NCBI GenBank assembly: GCA_031256975.1
Contig: JAIRPN010000002.1
Location: 4,837 to 68,836, forward strand
Length of the DNA: 64,000 nucleotides
Source: Verrucomicrobiales bacterium
GTDB taxonomy: Bacteria > Verrucomicrobiota > Verrucomicrobiia > Methylacidiphilales > JAAUTS01
Direction of reading: 5' to 3'
Positions 34,853 through 45,412 of this stretch are shown piece after piece. The notes beneath the pieces were generated by a model. The model did no database searches. It saw only the letters and a list, made by a program, of their open reading frames with translations, and was not told where the DNA came from. How positions within the stretch are numbered: position 1 is the first letter of the stretch; every line of letters starts with the position of its first letter. A program made the position numbers and the translations under genes.

Positions 34853-35737
34853 ATGCAAATAGAATCTTTTAGAGTTTTTCGTGACTTAGTGGAATCACAA
34901 AGTTTCAGCAAAGCCGCACAACTCAACGATATCACCCAGTCGGCGGTCAGCCAGCAGATTCGCTCCATCGAGGAACGCTTCCGTGTGCCGCTGATCGAGC
35001 GCAGCAGCAAACGTTTCGCCCTGACCCGCGAAGGCGGCATCATGTATCAGGCCAGCAAGGAAATCGTCGCGCAGTTTGATTCCCTGCAGCACCAGTTCAA
35101 TGAAATGCGCAACATCGTCTCCGGCAATATCCGCATCGCCACGGTGTACAGCATTGGCTTGCACGAACTGCCGCCCTACATCAAAAAATTCCTCAAGGAA
35201 TTCCCCAATGTCAACGTGCACGTCGAATACCGCCGCTCCAACCAGGTTTACGAAGATGTGCAGACCGGCACCTCCGATCTGGGCCTGGTGGCTTTCCCGG
35301 CGCAGAAGAAAAATCTCAAGACCGAGGCCTTCAAGAAAGACCGTTTGGTGGTCATCGCCGCACCGACCCATCCGCTGGCCGGCAAAACCGAAATCGACAT
35401 CACCGAACTGGCTCCTTACAAACTGATCGGCTTCGAACCCGATATCCCGACCCGTCGCGCAGTGGACAAGATGTTCCGCGAAGCCGGTTATGAACCCAAG
35501 CCGGTGATGGAATTCGACAACATTGAAACCGTCAAGCGCGCCGTGGAAATCGACGCCGGTATCTCAATCGTGCCACATGCCACCATCGAGCAGGAAGCCA
35601 AGTCCAAGAGCCTGGCGACCATCGAATTCAAGGGCCAGCCCTACCATCGTCCGCTCGGCATCATCTACAAACAGGGCCGCGTCCTGTCGCCCGCGATGAA
35701 ACGCTTCCTGAAGACCCTGCGCGATCCGCTGGAATAA
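34853..35737 (+). CDS. LysR family transcriptional regulator
   Basis: HTH segment SFSKAAQLNDITQSAVSQQI. Confidence 0.95.
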   Translation: MQIESFRVFRDLVESQSFSKAAQLNDITQSAVSQQIRSIEERFRVPLIERSSKRFALTREGGIMYQASKEIVAQFDSLQHQFNEMRNIVSGNIRIATVYSIGLHELPPYIKKFLKEFPNVNVHVEYRRSNQVYEDVQTGTSDLGLVAFPAQKKNLKTEAFKKDRLVVIAAPTHPLAGKTEIDITELAPYKLIGFEPDIPTRRAVDKMFREAGYEPKPVMEFDNIETVKRAVEIDAGISIVPHATIEQEAKSKSLATIEFKGQPYHRPLGIIYKQGRVLSPAMKRFLKTLRDPLE

Positions 35738-35832
35738 ATAAGCAATTTGCATGATTCAAGCCGCTAGTGGGTGATTCACCATTAGCGGCTTTTTATTTGG
35801 CACTTCAGTATTCGCGTGCTAAAAAGGATGTT

Positions 35833-36309
35833 ATGACCGAACAAGGTATCAAGGAAAAGATCATCGGCTTCATGGAGAGCAACGGCCTGCGCATCACCGC
35901 GCAACGCCAGGCGATCATCGAAGCCGCCTTCAGTACCGACGAGCACTATACCGCCGAGGAACTGCTCGAACGCTCCCGCAAGGTCGATCCCTCGGTTTCC
36001 CGCGCCACCGTTTACCGTACCCTGCCGGTTTTGGTGCAAACCGGCCTGCTTCGCGAACTCGATCTGGGCAAAGACCAGATGTATTACGATCCGAATTACG
36101 CCAATCACCCCAACCACAACCACATTATCTGCACCGATTGCGACAAAATCGTCGAATTCGAGGATTATTGTCTGGATGTGCGTGAGAGCGTGATCGCCAA
36201 AAACCTCGGCTTTAACCCGGGTACCGTCAAATTGCGCATCGAAGCCACCTGCGAACAGCTCGCCAAGACCGGCACCTGTTCACGCCGTGACACGGTTGGC
36301 GCCAAATAA
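35833..36309 (+). CDS. fur: Fur family transcriptional repressor
   Basis: Motifs GLRITAQR, SRATVYRTL and HNHIICTDC. Confidence 0.9.
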   Translation: MTEQGIKEKIIGFMESNGLRITAQRQAIIEAAFSTDEHYTAEELLERSRKVDPSVSRATVYRTLPVLVQTGLLRELDLGKDQMYYDPNYANHPNHNHIICTDCDKIVEFEDYCLDVRESVIAKNLGFNPGTVKLRIEATCEQLAKTGTCSRRDTVGAK

Positions 36310-36379
36310 ACCCTGAAAAGCCTTGAAGAAAAAGGTTGACGGTTAGCGCCCCTATGGGCAGTCTCTTTGGTTCACATTT

Positions 36380-36643
36380 ATGGCATTAGCAGAGAAAAAC
36401 ACCATTATCGCCGGCAATCGCCTGCACGATAAGGACACCGGTTCGGCCGACGTCCAGATCGCGTTGTTGACCCAGCGTATCAACTATTTAACCGAACATT
36501 TGAAGGTCGCGTCGAAGGACCATTCCTCCCGCCGCGGGTTGATCACCATGGTCAGCAAGCGCCGTCGTCTTCTTGATTACCTGAATCGTACGAACAAAGA
36601 TCGTTACGAATCCCTGATCAAGAAGCTCAAAATCAGAAAATAA
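36380..36643 (+). CDS. rpsO: 30S ribosomal protein S15
   Basis: Motifs [13 protein letters not shown] and KDHSSRRGL. Confidence 0.98.
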   Translation: MALAEKNTIIAGNRLHDKDTGSADVQIALLTQRINYLTEHLKVASKDHSSRRGLITMVSKRRRLLDYLNRTNKDRYESLIKKLKIRK

Positions 36644-36647
36644 ACCG

Positions 36648-36749
36648 TTAAGGCGAGGTTCAGCACGAGAAAGTCACAGAGAACAAAACAGCATTCTCCT
36701 GAGAATTTTGTTTTGTACTCTGAACTTTCCGCAGGCTGCCTCGCCTTAA
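36648..36749 (+). promoter_or_regulatory. Long stem-loop in the rpsO-pnp intergenic region (candidate RNase III processing site)
   Basis: Outer arms TTAAGGCGAGG...CCTCGCCTTAA, with inner pairing ACAAAACA/TGTTTTGT. Confidence 0.65.
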
Positions 36750-36802
36750 AAGTTTAATCGGGCCGCAAGGGCCGGGTTAAACACCAATAGAAAGTACAGA
36801 AT

Positions 36803-38944
36803 ATGTCAATCCACTCAGTCACGGCGCAAGTTGGCGCCTCCACCATCAAATTCGAAACCGGCAAAATGGGCAAGCTCGCCGACGGTGCTGTCACCGTCAG
36901 CATCGATGAAACGATCGTTTTCGTTTCCGCCGTCAGCGCCACTTCCGTCAAGGAAGGCCAGGACTTCTTCCCGCTCACCGTCGATTACCGCGAAAAAGCC
37001 GCGGCAGCCGGCCGTTTCCCCGGCGGTTACTTCAAGCGCGAGGGCCGTCCGAGCGAAAAGGAAATCCTCACCGCGCGCATGACCGACCGTCCGTTGCGCC
37101 CCTTGTTCCCGAAAGGTTATTTCTACGACACCCAGATCATCGCCCTGTTGCTCTCGGCTGACGGTGTCAATGAACCCGACATCCTCACCATCAACGGCGC
37201 TTCCGCCGCATTAATGGTTAGCGATATCCCCTTCGCCGGGCCGGTGGGCGCCGTGCGCGTCGCCCGCGTTGACGGACAGTTCATCGCCAATCCCGTCCAG
37301 GCGCAGATCGAAGTCAGCGATCTCGATCTCGTTTACGCCGGTATTGAAAACGAACCGATCATGATCGAAGGTTCCGCATTGCAATTGCCGGAAGAAGAAT
37401 TCAACAAGGCCCTCGCCTTCGCGCAGGAACAAGTAAACATCATCGTCGCGGCGCAAAAAGAACTCGCCGCCCAAGCCGGCAAGCAGAAGCGTGAAGCCGC
37501 CCTGTTACTGGTGAAGGACGAACTGCTGGAAGTCGCTTACGAAGTCGCCGGCAGCCGCATCGAAGGCGCCATTTACACCCCGAGCAAAGTCGCCCGTCAA
37601 AAAGCGGTCGGCGCGCTGAAGGATGAAGTGAAGGCCGCGATCCTCGCGAAATTCCCGGAAGCCACCCCGTTCGAAATCACCCAGGCTTTTGATTACCTGC
37701 AAAAGAAGGCCTTCCGCCTGAGCATCCTCGACCGCCAGCAACGTTGTGACGGCCGTGGTATTGACCAACTCCGTCCGCTCAGCGGCGAAGTCGGCTTGAT
37801 CCCGCGCTCGCACGGTTCGGCCCTGTTTGCCCGTGGCGAAACCCAGGCGCTCTGCTACGCGACCTTGGCTCCGGCTGACGAAGCACAGATCATCGACGCC
37901 TACACCGGCGGCGAAGACACCAAGCGTTTCATCCTCCACTACAACTTCCCTCCCTTCAGCGTTGGCGAAACCGGCCGTACCGGCGGTTTAAACCGTCGTG
38001 AAATCGGTCACGGTGCGCTCGCTGAGCGTTCCCTGTTGGCAGTTATTCCCGACGAAAAGAAGTTCCCCTACGCCATCCGCATCAGCTCCGAAGTCATGGA
38101 ATCCAACGGTTCCACCTCGATGGCCTCGGTCTGCGGCGGCTGCTTGTCCTTGATGGACGCGGGCGTGCCGATTACTGATATCGTCGCCGGCATTAGCGTC
38201 GGTCTCGTCACCGAATTTGACGAAAACAACACCATGAAACGCCACCTGCTTCTCACCGACATCATCGGCAGCGAAGACCACTTCGGCGACATGGACTTCA
38301 AACTCTGCGGCACCAAGAGCGGCGTCACCGGCTTCCAGTTGGACCTCAAACTCCCCGGCATCCCGGTGGAAATGTTGCAACGCGCGGTCGTTCAAGCCGC
38401 GAAGGTTCGCCAGGACATTATCAACTTCATGTCCGGCGTCATCTCCCAGCCGCGTGAAAAACTCTCGCAGTACGCCCCGCGTATCGAAGTGATCAAGATC
38501 AACCCCGACAAGATCGGCTTACTGATCGGACCTGGTGGCAAGACCATCAAGGGCATCACTGCGGAAACCGGCGCTGAAATCAATATCGAGGACGACGGCA
38601 CTGTGAAGATTTACTGCAACAACGGCGACGGCATGGCCCGCGCATTGGAAATCATCGACGGCATGACCGCCGAGATCACCGTGGGCAAAACCTACCGTGG
38701 CAAGGTTGTCAGCATCAAGGATTTTGGCGCCTTCGTACAGGTGTTCCCCGGCCAGGACGGCTTGGTGCACATCTCCGAATTGTCAGAAACCCGCGTGAAC
38801 AAGACCGAGGACGTCGTCCGCATGGGCGAGGAAGTCTGGGTCAAGTGCATCGGCGTGGACGACAAGGGTCGTGTCAAGCTCTCCCGCAAGGCTGCCATGC
38901 GCGAGCGCGGCGAGTCCGCCCCGGCCACCAAAGCCGGCGAATAA
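36803..38944 (+). CDS. pnp: Polyribonucleotide nucleotidyltransferase
   Basis: Motifs [24 protein letters not shown] and GDMDFK; KH and S1 domains. Confidence 0.99.
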   Translation: MSIHSVTAQVGASTIKFETGKMGKLADGAVTVSIDETIVFVSAVSATSVKEGQDFFPLTVDYREKAAAAGRFPGGYFKREGRPSEKEILTARMTDRPLRPLFPKGYFYDTQIIALLLSADGVNEPDILTINGASAALMVSDIPFAGPVGAVRVARVDGQFIANPVQAQIEVSDLDLVYAGIENEPIMIEGSALQLPEEEFNKALAFAQEQVNIIVAAQKELAAQAGKQKREAALLLVKDELLEVAYEVAGSRIEGAIYTPSKVARQKAVGALKDEVKAAILAKFPEATPFEITQAFDYLQKKAFRLSILDRQQRCDGRGIDQLRPLSGEVGLIPRSHGSALFARGETQALCYATLAPADEAQIIDAYTGGEDTKRFILHYNFPPFSVGETGRTGGLNRREIGHGALAERSLLAVIPDEKKFPYAIRISSEVMESNGSTSMASVCGGCLSLMDAGVPITDIVAGISVGLVTEFDENNTMKRHLLLTDIIGSEDHFGDMDFKLCGTKSGVTGFQLDLKLPGIPVEMLQRAVVQAAKVRQDIINFMSGVISQPREKLSQYAPRIEVIKINPDKIGLLIGPGGKTIKGITAETGAEINIEDDGTVKIYCNNGDGMARALEIIDGMTAEITVGKTYRGKVVSIKDFGAFVQVFPGQDGLVHISELSETRVNKTEDVVRMGEEVWVKCIGVDDKGRVKLSRKAAMRERGESAPATKAGE

Positions 38945-39029
38945 TTGACAACGCCATGCACTGGACAATATTTACTATCCACCGGCCTGTCGCCACATAC
39001 GGCAGGCCGATAACCAAGGAACAAAACAA

Positions 39030-39506
39030 ATGGCAATAGCAGTTGGAACCAAGGCCCCTGATTTTACCCTCAAACGTAAGACCGCGGACGGCATTGTTGA
39101 CATCAAATTAAGTGATAATTTCGGCAAAAAGAACACCGTCATCCTGTTCTTCCCGTTGGCTTTCACCGGCGTCTGCACCCAGGAAATGTGCGACATCACC
39201 CAGGGGCTTTCCGCCTACGACAACCTGAACGCGCAAGTTTTCGGCATTAGCGTCGACAGCCCCTTCGCACAGGAAGCCTGGGCGAACAAGGAAAAGATCA
39301 GCATCCCCTTGCTCAGCGATTTGAACAAGAAAACCGCCGAAGCCTACGGCACCTTGTTGCACGATCTGCTCGGCCTTGGCGCTGTCAGCGCCCGCGCCGC
39401 CTTCGTCATCGACAAGGAAGGCGTGGTTCGTTACAGCGAACAAACCCCAACCCCGAAGGACCTGCCGAATTTCTCGGCAATCCAGACCGTGCTCAAGGGT
39501 TTGTAA
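39030..39506 (+). CDS. AhpC/TSA redoxin (AhpE-like peroxiredoxin)
   Basis: Motifs [15 protein letters not shown] and GISVDSPF. Confidence 0.9.
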   Translation: MAIAVGTKAPDFTLKRKTADGIVDIKLSDNFGKKNTVILFFPLAFTGVCTQEMCDITQGLSAYDNLNAQVFGISVDSPFAQEAWANKEKISIPLLSDLNKKTAEAYGTLLHDLLGLGAVSARAAFVIDKEGVVRYSEQTPTPKDLPNFSAIQTVLKGL

Positions 39507-39533
39507 AAGCCAGACGCTAATAGCAAAATATTT

Positions 39534-39564
39534 AAGGGCAGACTCACAAGGTCTGCCCTTTTTT
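39534..39564 (+). terminator. Rho-independent terminator
   Basis: AAGGGCAGAC-loop-GTCTGCCCTT followed by TTTT. Confidence 0.85.
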
Positions 39565-39565
39565 A

Positions 39566-39695
39566 TTTCACGCAACCCCTAAAGCGGCAACTGCACGCCG
39601 TTTCTAAATTCCCTTGCATGGCAAGAGACAAGACGCGGAGTACGCAGAGTTTTATTAAAATTGTTTTTCAGCATACTCAGCGCCTCTGCGTGAAA
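39566..39695. repeat. Degenerate CGCAGAG-type inverted-repeat element with an interrupted left arm
   Basis: TTTCACGCA..[about 56 bp]..AGACGCGGAGTACGCAGAG paired with CAGCATACTCAGCGCCTCTGCGTGAAA; similar to 61214-61340. Confidence 0.55.
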
Positions 39696-39697
39696 TT

Positions 39698-40297
39698 TTA
39701 AATCTTCATCCACTGGCAACGATGTGATTGTTTACCTTCGGCTTCAAACTGCTGTTGAAAGTCACTCTTGGGGTCATCGCTGGCATCCCATACCCCGATA
39801 TTCTTCCAACCCGGCGCTGAAGCCCACACGCGGTTCGCCCACTGGAAATATTCCTCATGGTCGGTGGTAAAGCGAACCACCCCGCCATTAGCGAGCGCCT
39901 TGTGCGCCTTGGCCAAAAACTCCAACTGAATCAGCCTGAATTTGAAATGGCGGCGCTTCGGCCACGGATCGGGAAACATGATATGGATGACGCTAATAGA
40001 GCCGGGCGAACACATATAACCGATGACATACTCCGACTGCAAGCGCAGCGCACGCAGATTGGACAAATCCCGTTGTACCGCCCGCTTGGCAATTTTGCTC
40101 ACGCGCCCCTTCAAACGTTCAATGGCGATAAAATTCTTCTGTGGATTACGTTTGGCATATTCCAGAATGAAGCCTCCATCGCCTGCGCCAAGTTCGATTT
40201 CCACCGGATTGGCATTGCCAAACACTTCCTGCCAGTTAAACACCCTCAACAGATCGTCATTGGCGATCCAGGGATCAAAGCTTGCCGATTCACTCAT
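39698..40297 (-). CDS. trmB: tRNA (guanine-N7)-methyltransferase
   Basis: Motifs VEIELGAGDG, MFPDPWPKRRH and FTTDHEEY. Confidence 0.95.
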   Translation of the reverse strand: MSESASFDPWIANDDLLRVFNWQEVFGNANPVEIELGAGDGGFILEYAKRNPQKNFIAIERLKGRVSKIAKRAVQRDLSNLRALRLQSEYVIGYMCSPGSISVIHIMFPDPWPKRRHFKFRLIQLEFLAKAHKALANGGVVRFTTDHEEYFQWANRVWASAPGWKNIGVWDASDDPKSDFQQQFEAEGKQSHRCQWMKI

Positions 40298-40406
40298 TAT
40301 CCCAGACAATCTGCCAAAGAAAGCGGCACGCTAACACCAAAAATTTTACGTTTCTCTGCTTTACAAAGTGTGAAGAAATCGGCTTAATATCCCCTCACCA
40401 ATTTAA

Positions 40407-40479
<73 letters not shown>

Positions 40480-40619
40480 CACTTTCCTTATTCTCAAAGC
40501 TTCAACGGCATTGCAGTAAATTCATGCCTTATACTTTCCTGAATTCAGTTCCGGAAAAATTCACACAACATCCTCATTACCAAGTAGCTTTTACTATTTA
40601 TTACTTAATACGAATATAT

Positions 40620-40770
40620 TCTGCTAGTAAGCAGATAATTCACTGAGCATATCGATGACACAATTCGTCATACCTCATTAGGAATAATTCCCTTTGTAAA
40701 TGAATCAAGGCAGTATTTTCGTCATTCTTTTATTATTGATTAATCTAATGAAATTCTGCTAATAAGCAGA
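40620..40770. promoter_or_regulatory. Two copies of the palindrome TCTGCT-ARTA-AGCAGA (operator candidate)
   Basis: Copies at 40620-40635 and 40755-40770, in AT-rich DNA upstream of the aldehyde dehydrogenase gene. Confidence 0.6.
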
Positions 40771-40791
40771 TTAGAAAAGGTTAATCAATAT

Positions 40792-42270
40792 ATGAATATC
40801 CAACTCACTCCCAACGTATCGGAATTCTTACACTCACCTGTCCAGCATTTCATCGGCGGGCGATTTAAGAAAAGCGCCAGCGAGAAAACTGCAGAGGTTT
40901 TGAATCCGTCCAATGGTTCAAGATTAGCCACCATCGCCATGGGCGCCGCAACGGAAGTTGACGAAGCCGTGACTGCGGCCTGGAAAGCCTTCCCCGCCTG
41001 GTCAGGATTGTCCCCCAATGAACGCGCCGCCAAATTACACCGTTTCGCCGAGCAGTTGGAAAAGCACGCTGCCGATCTCGCCTTGCTCGAATCTCTGGAC
41101 GTGGGCAAAGCCATTACTGCTGCGGAAGCTTTTGATATTCCGTTCGGCATCGAGGGCCTGCGCTACTTTGCTGACCTTTCCACACACTGGCATTACGATG
41201 TACCGCTGGCAGTCAAAAATATCGAAGCCCGCACACACCGCGCGCCTTATGGCGTGTGTGGATTTATCTTCCCGTGGAATTTCCCGTTCACCCTGCTCTT
41301 CTGGGGCGTTGCCCCCGCACTGGCCGCAGGCAATACCATCGTCGTCAAACCGTCCGAAGTGACCCCGTTGAGTTCCATATTTGTCGCTAAACTGGCAGCA
41401 GAGGCTGGTATCCCTGACGGGGTGATCAACCTCGTCCTTGGCGACGGGCAATCGGTGGGCGCAGCGTTGGCGGGTCATCCTAAAATCAAGCGCATGTCCT
41501 TCACCGGATCGCCGGAGGTTGGCAAGAAAATCGGCGAGGTATGCGGACGTAATCTGGTTCCCTGCAAGCTGGAGCTCGGCGGCAAAGGAGCGGCGATTGT
41601 TTTCGACGACCTGAACGTGGAAGATGCCGCGAAAAAACTCGCCGGCGCCATCACCTTGAATACCGGCCAGGTCTGCTGCACCGCCACACGCTGGCTGGTG
41701 CATGAAAAAATTTACGATCAATTCGTGGACAAGGCCGCCACCGCTCTTAAGGAAACCAAAATTGGCGCTGGCCCGGACCGGGAAACCCAAATGGGGCCCC
41801 TCGTGAGTGAAGTACAACGCAAGCGGGTGCTGCGTTATGTGGAGGAAGGCGCCAAGCAGGGCGCCGAGGTTATCCTGCCCGGTGGTACCGCCACTCCGCG
41901 TGGCAATGAAAAGGGGTTTTATGTCCAGCCCAGCCTGCTGGCAGGTTCGCCGGAAAACGTCTGCTACCGCGAGGAAATTTTCGGGCCCAGCGCATTTTTG
42001 CTGAAATTTAAGGATGAAAACGAAGCCATCAATCTGGTCAATCGCCTCGATTACGGTCTGGCCAACAGCGTGTGGAGCACCGATTTGAAGCGCGCCGCCC
42101 GCGTCGCTGAAAAAGTAATCGCCGGTAACAGCTGGATCAACGCCCACAACGTATTCGCCTACGGGCTGCCTTACGGCGGCATCAATCTGAGCGGGTTTGG
42201 CGGCGGCGTGAATAGTCCGGAGACCTTTGCGGATTATTTACGCCCGCAAACCATCGCAAGGCCGCTTTGA
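40792..42270 (+). CDS. NAD-dependent aldehyde dehydrogenase
   Basis: Motifs PWNFP, FTGS, LELGGK, GQVCC and EEIFGP. Confidence 0.95.
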   Translation: MNIQLTPNVSEFLHSPVQHFIGGRFKKSASEKTAEVLNPSNGSRLATIAMGAATEVDEAVTAAWKAFPAWSGLSPNERAAKLHRFAEQLEKHAADLALLESLDVGKAITAAEAFDIPFGIEGLRYFADLSTHWHYDVPLAVKNIEARTHRAPYGVCGFIFPWNFPFTLLFWGVAPALAAGNTIVVKPSEVTPLSSIFVAKLAAEAGIPDGVINLVLGDGQSVGAALAGHPKIKRMSFTGSPEVGKKIGEVCGRNLVPCKLELGGKGAAIVFDDLNVEDAAKKLAGAITLNTGQVCCTATRWLVHEKIYDQFVDKAATALKETKIGAGPDRETQMGPLVSEVQRKRVLRYVEEGAKQGAEVILPGGTATPRGNEKGFYVQPSLLAGSPENVCYREEIFGPSAFLLKFKDENEAINLVNRLDYGLANSVWSTDLKRAARVAEKVIAGNSWINAHNVFAYGLPYGGINLSGFGGGVNSPETFADYLRPQTIARPL

Positions 42271-42409
42271 TACCGGCAGGCTTGCAGTATTTTGAGCTGC
42301 GCGGGCTTTTCCTTGCTTTGGAAATTGTTCGCGCAGCGGAAATGCGCTATTGAAGATGTTGGTCACCGTGAACCAATACAGATTCTTCATGCCGACTTGA
42401 GTCCTTACT

Positions 42410-45337
42410 ATGAATACGGATATCTATTCCCCTCTCCAATCCTCGTTGAAGGGAGAATTTCATGACGATGATTTCCACAAAATCCTGTACGCCACCGATG
42501 CCTCGATGTATCGCGAAATTCCCGAGGGTGTCATCATTGCCCATCACAAGGACGATCTGATCAAGGCGGTCAACTTTGCCCGGCAAAATAAATTGTCCAT
42601 CATTCCGCGCGCTGCCGGCACCTCGCTGGCCGGACAAGTGGTTGGCAAAGGCATCGTGGTGGAAATTTCCAAGTACTTTAACAAAGTCCTGGAAATCAAT
42701 GAACAGGAACACTGGGTACGGGTGGAACCCGGTATCATTCGCAACGATCTCAATCTGCAGTTAAAACCCCACGGGTTACTGTTCGGCCCGGAAACCTCCA
42801 CGGCCAATCGTGCCCTGATCGGCGGCATGATCGGCAACAATTCCTGCGGCCTTCACTCCATTGTCTGGGGCTGTGTCCGCGATCATTTGATCTCCTGCAA
42901 AGCCATTCTGGCCGATGGCAATGAAGTTGAATTCAAAGAACTCACTCCGGAAGAATTTAAACAAAAACTGACACTCAAGACCTTGGAAGGCCGGATTTAT
43001 CAGAAAATCCATCAGGAATTGTCCAGGCAGGAAGTTACAGTTGAAATTCGAACCCAATTCCCCCGCCCCAACATTTCCCGGCGCAACAACGGCTATGCCA
43101 TTGACCTGCTGCTCCGTTCCAATATCTTCACTCTCGGCGGTCCCAATTTCAACATGTGCCAGTTGATCGCCGGTTCGGAGGGAACCCTTTGCCTGATTAC
43201 CGAGGCCAAACTGAATTTGGTTCCCCTGCCGGGTCAATTTGTCGGTTGCGTCGCCATGCACTTCAACGACACGGTTGAAGCCCTCAAGGCCAACGTCATT
43301 GCCGTCAACTATAAGCCGAACGCTTCCGAGTTGATCGACAATTACACCGTTACCTTGGGCAGGATGAACACCACGGCCACGCAAAACAGCCAATGGATCA
43401 TCGGTGAACCCAAGGCCATCATCGTGGTGGAATTTTCCCGTGACACCCGGGAGGAAATTGATGATCTGGCCAACCGTCTCATCGCCGAAATCAGGCAGGC
43501 AGGCTATGGCTACGCTTATCCTGTTTACCACAATGAACAAACCCAACCCATCTGGGCCTTGCGTAATGCCGTGCTCGGCTTGATGTATTCCAAGCCTTCT
43601 GACACCAAACCCATCAACCTGGTGGAAGACTGCGCCGTTGAAGTCACCGATCTGCCTGAATTCTTCGCCCAACATTCCAAGTTGATCCAAGTTAAAGGCG
43701 TGGAAGTCACCACCTCGGCCCACGCCGGAACCGGGGAATTGCATACCCTGCCCTTCGTCAACCTGAAGAGCAAGGAGGGCGTGCACATCATCCGCGAAAT
43801 CCTGGAAGAAACCGTCACCTTGGTCAAAAAATATGGTGGCTCGCTGTCCGGTGAACACGGCGACGGGCGCCTGCGCGCTGAATTCACCCGCAAAATGATC
43901 GGCGAGAAAAATTACGAGTTATGCCAGCAGATCAAATACACTTGGGACGAGCAAAATATCTTTAACCCCAATAAAATCGTCGATGCCCCGCCCATGGACG
44001 TCAGCCTGCGCTATTCGCCCGGACAGAAAATTCCCAAGATCAAAACCTATTTTAACTGGCAAAACCAGAGCGACATCGTCCGCGCCACCGAATTATGCAA
44101 CGGCACGGGTGAATGTAAAAAATCCGGACTCACCGGCGGCATCATGTGCCCCAGCTACATGGCCACGCTGGATGAACGCCATTCCACCCGGGGCCGCGCC
44201 AACATCATGCGCGAATTCCTCACCAACTCGACCAAACAAAATCGCTTCGACCATGATGAAATCAAGCGTGTCATGGATCTTTGCCTGAGTTGCAAGGCCT
44301 GTAAAAGTGAGTGTCCGTCCAGCGTGGATGTCGCCAAGCTCAAGGCCGAATTCCTGCAGAATTATTACGACCTGCACGGAACACCGTTCCGCTCGAAGCT
44401 GATTGCCAATTTCTCCCGCAACATGCGCCTGTCCTCACTGGCGCCCTGGGCCTACAACTTCTTTGCCAGCAATTTTCTCACCGCCTCAGTGATTAAGAAA
44501 ATATCCGGGTTCGCCCAGGATCGCTCCATCCCTTTGCTGTATCACACCCCCTTGTTCAAATGGTATCGTCGTCATTACCCGCAATTGAAACAGCAGCACC
44601 AGACCAGTCGCAGCGTGTACTTGTTCTGCGATGAATTTTCCAATTATAACGACGGCGAAATCGGCATTGCAACCATCCAGCTGTTGTTCCGTCTGGGCTA
44701 CGATGTGAAAATGGTGAAAAGCGCCGAAAGCGGCAGAACCCACCTGTCCAAGGGCTTTGTCAAAAACGCCAAACAACTGGCCATCAAAAATGTCCGTCAA
44801 TTCGCCCCGCTGATCAGCAAGGAAGTCCCCTTGATTGGCATAGAACCCTCCGCCATCTCCTGCTTCAAGGATGATTACCTCAGTCTGGTTCCGCAGGAAC
44901 AACTGGATGAGGCAAAAAAACTGGCGGTTCATTCCTTCATGTTTGAAGAATTCATCTGCCGCGAAATCGATGCTGGCAACATCAAAGCGGAACAGTTCAC
45001 CGCGTCAAAAAGGGAAGTCAAAGTACACGTCCACTGCCACCAAAAATCGGTATCCAATCCGGCGCTGGTCATTCGCGCCCTGTCCCTGCCGAAAAATTAC
45101 ATCGTCACCAATATACCCACCTCTTGTTGCGGCATGGCCGGGGCCTTCGGCTATGAAAAGGAACATTACGATGTTTCCATGCAGATCGGTAATATGGTGC
45201 TGTTTCCCACGGTCAAAAGCAGTTCGATACAGACGATTATTGCCGCTTCCGGCACTTCTTGCCGGCATCAGATCAAGGATGGCACCAATCGCAACGCCGT
45301 GCACTCGGCCGAGATTCTGCTTCAGGCCTTGGCTTGA
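42410..45337 (+). CDS. FAD-binding and Fe-S oxidoreductase (YdiJ / D-2-hydroxyacid dehydrogenase-like)
   Basis: Motifs YATDAS, GSEGTL, SGEHGDG and CLSCKACKSECP; CCG domains. Confidence 0.92.
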   Translation: MNTDIYSPLQSSLKGEFHDDDFHKILYATDASMYREIPEGVIIAHHKDDLIKAVNFARQNKLSIIPRAAGTSLAGQVVGKGIVVEISKYFNKVLEINEQEHWVRVEPGIIRNDLNLQLKPHGLLFGPETSTANRALIGGMIGNNSCGLHSIVWGCVRDHLISCKAILADGNEVEFKELTPEEFKQKLTLKTLEGRIYQKIHQELSRQEVTVEIRTQFPRPNISRRNNGYAIDLLLRSNIFTLGGPNFNMCQLIAGSEGTLCLITEAKLNLVPLPGQFVGCVAMHFNDTVEALKANVIAVNYKPNASELIDNYTVTLGRMNTTATQNSQWIIGEPKAIIVVEFSRDTREEIDDLANRLIAEIRQAGYGYAYPVYHNEQTQPIWALRNAVLGLMYSKPSDTKPINLVEDCAVEVTDLPEFFAQHSKLIQVKGVEVTTSAHAGTGELHTLPFVNLKSKEGVHIIREILEETVTLVKKYGGSLSGEHGDGRLRAEFTRKMIGEKNYELCQQIKYTWDEQNIFNPNKIVDAPPMDVSLRYSPGQKIPKIKTYFNWQNQSDIVRATELCNGTGECKKSGLTGGIMCPSYMATLDERHSTRGRANIMREFLTNSTKQNRFDHDEIKRVMDLCLSCKACKSECPSSVDVAKLKAEFLQNYYDLHGTPFRSKLIANFSRNMRLSSLAPWAYNFFASNFLTASVIKKISGFAQDRSIPLLYHTPLFKWYRRHYPQLKQQHQTSRSVYLFCDEFSNYNDGEIGIATIQLLFRLGYDVKMVKSAESGRTHLSKGFVKNAKQLAIKNVRQFAPLISKEVPLIGIEPSAISCFKDDYLSLVPQEQLDEAKKLAVHSFMFEEFICREIDAGNIKAEQFTASKREVKVHVHCHQKSVSNPALVIRALSLPKNYIVTNIPTSCCGMAGAFGYEKEHYDVSMQIGNMVLFPTVKSSSIQTIIAASGTSCRHQIKDGTNRNAVHSAEILLQALA

Positions 45338-45412
45338 TTTTTCGTTAAAACGTAACAATTTACCTGTCTTTTGCGCTTTAATTTTTACTCATTTGGCTGT
45401 TAAATCTCCGCC

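Noticed and set aside
38983-39008. Hairpin GGCCTGTCG/CGGCAGGCC after pnp as an intrinsic terminator
   Set aside because: There is no U-tract. It may be a stabilising stem, so it was not called.
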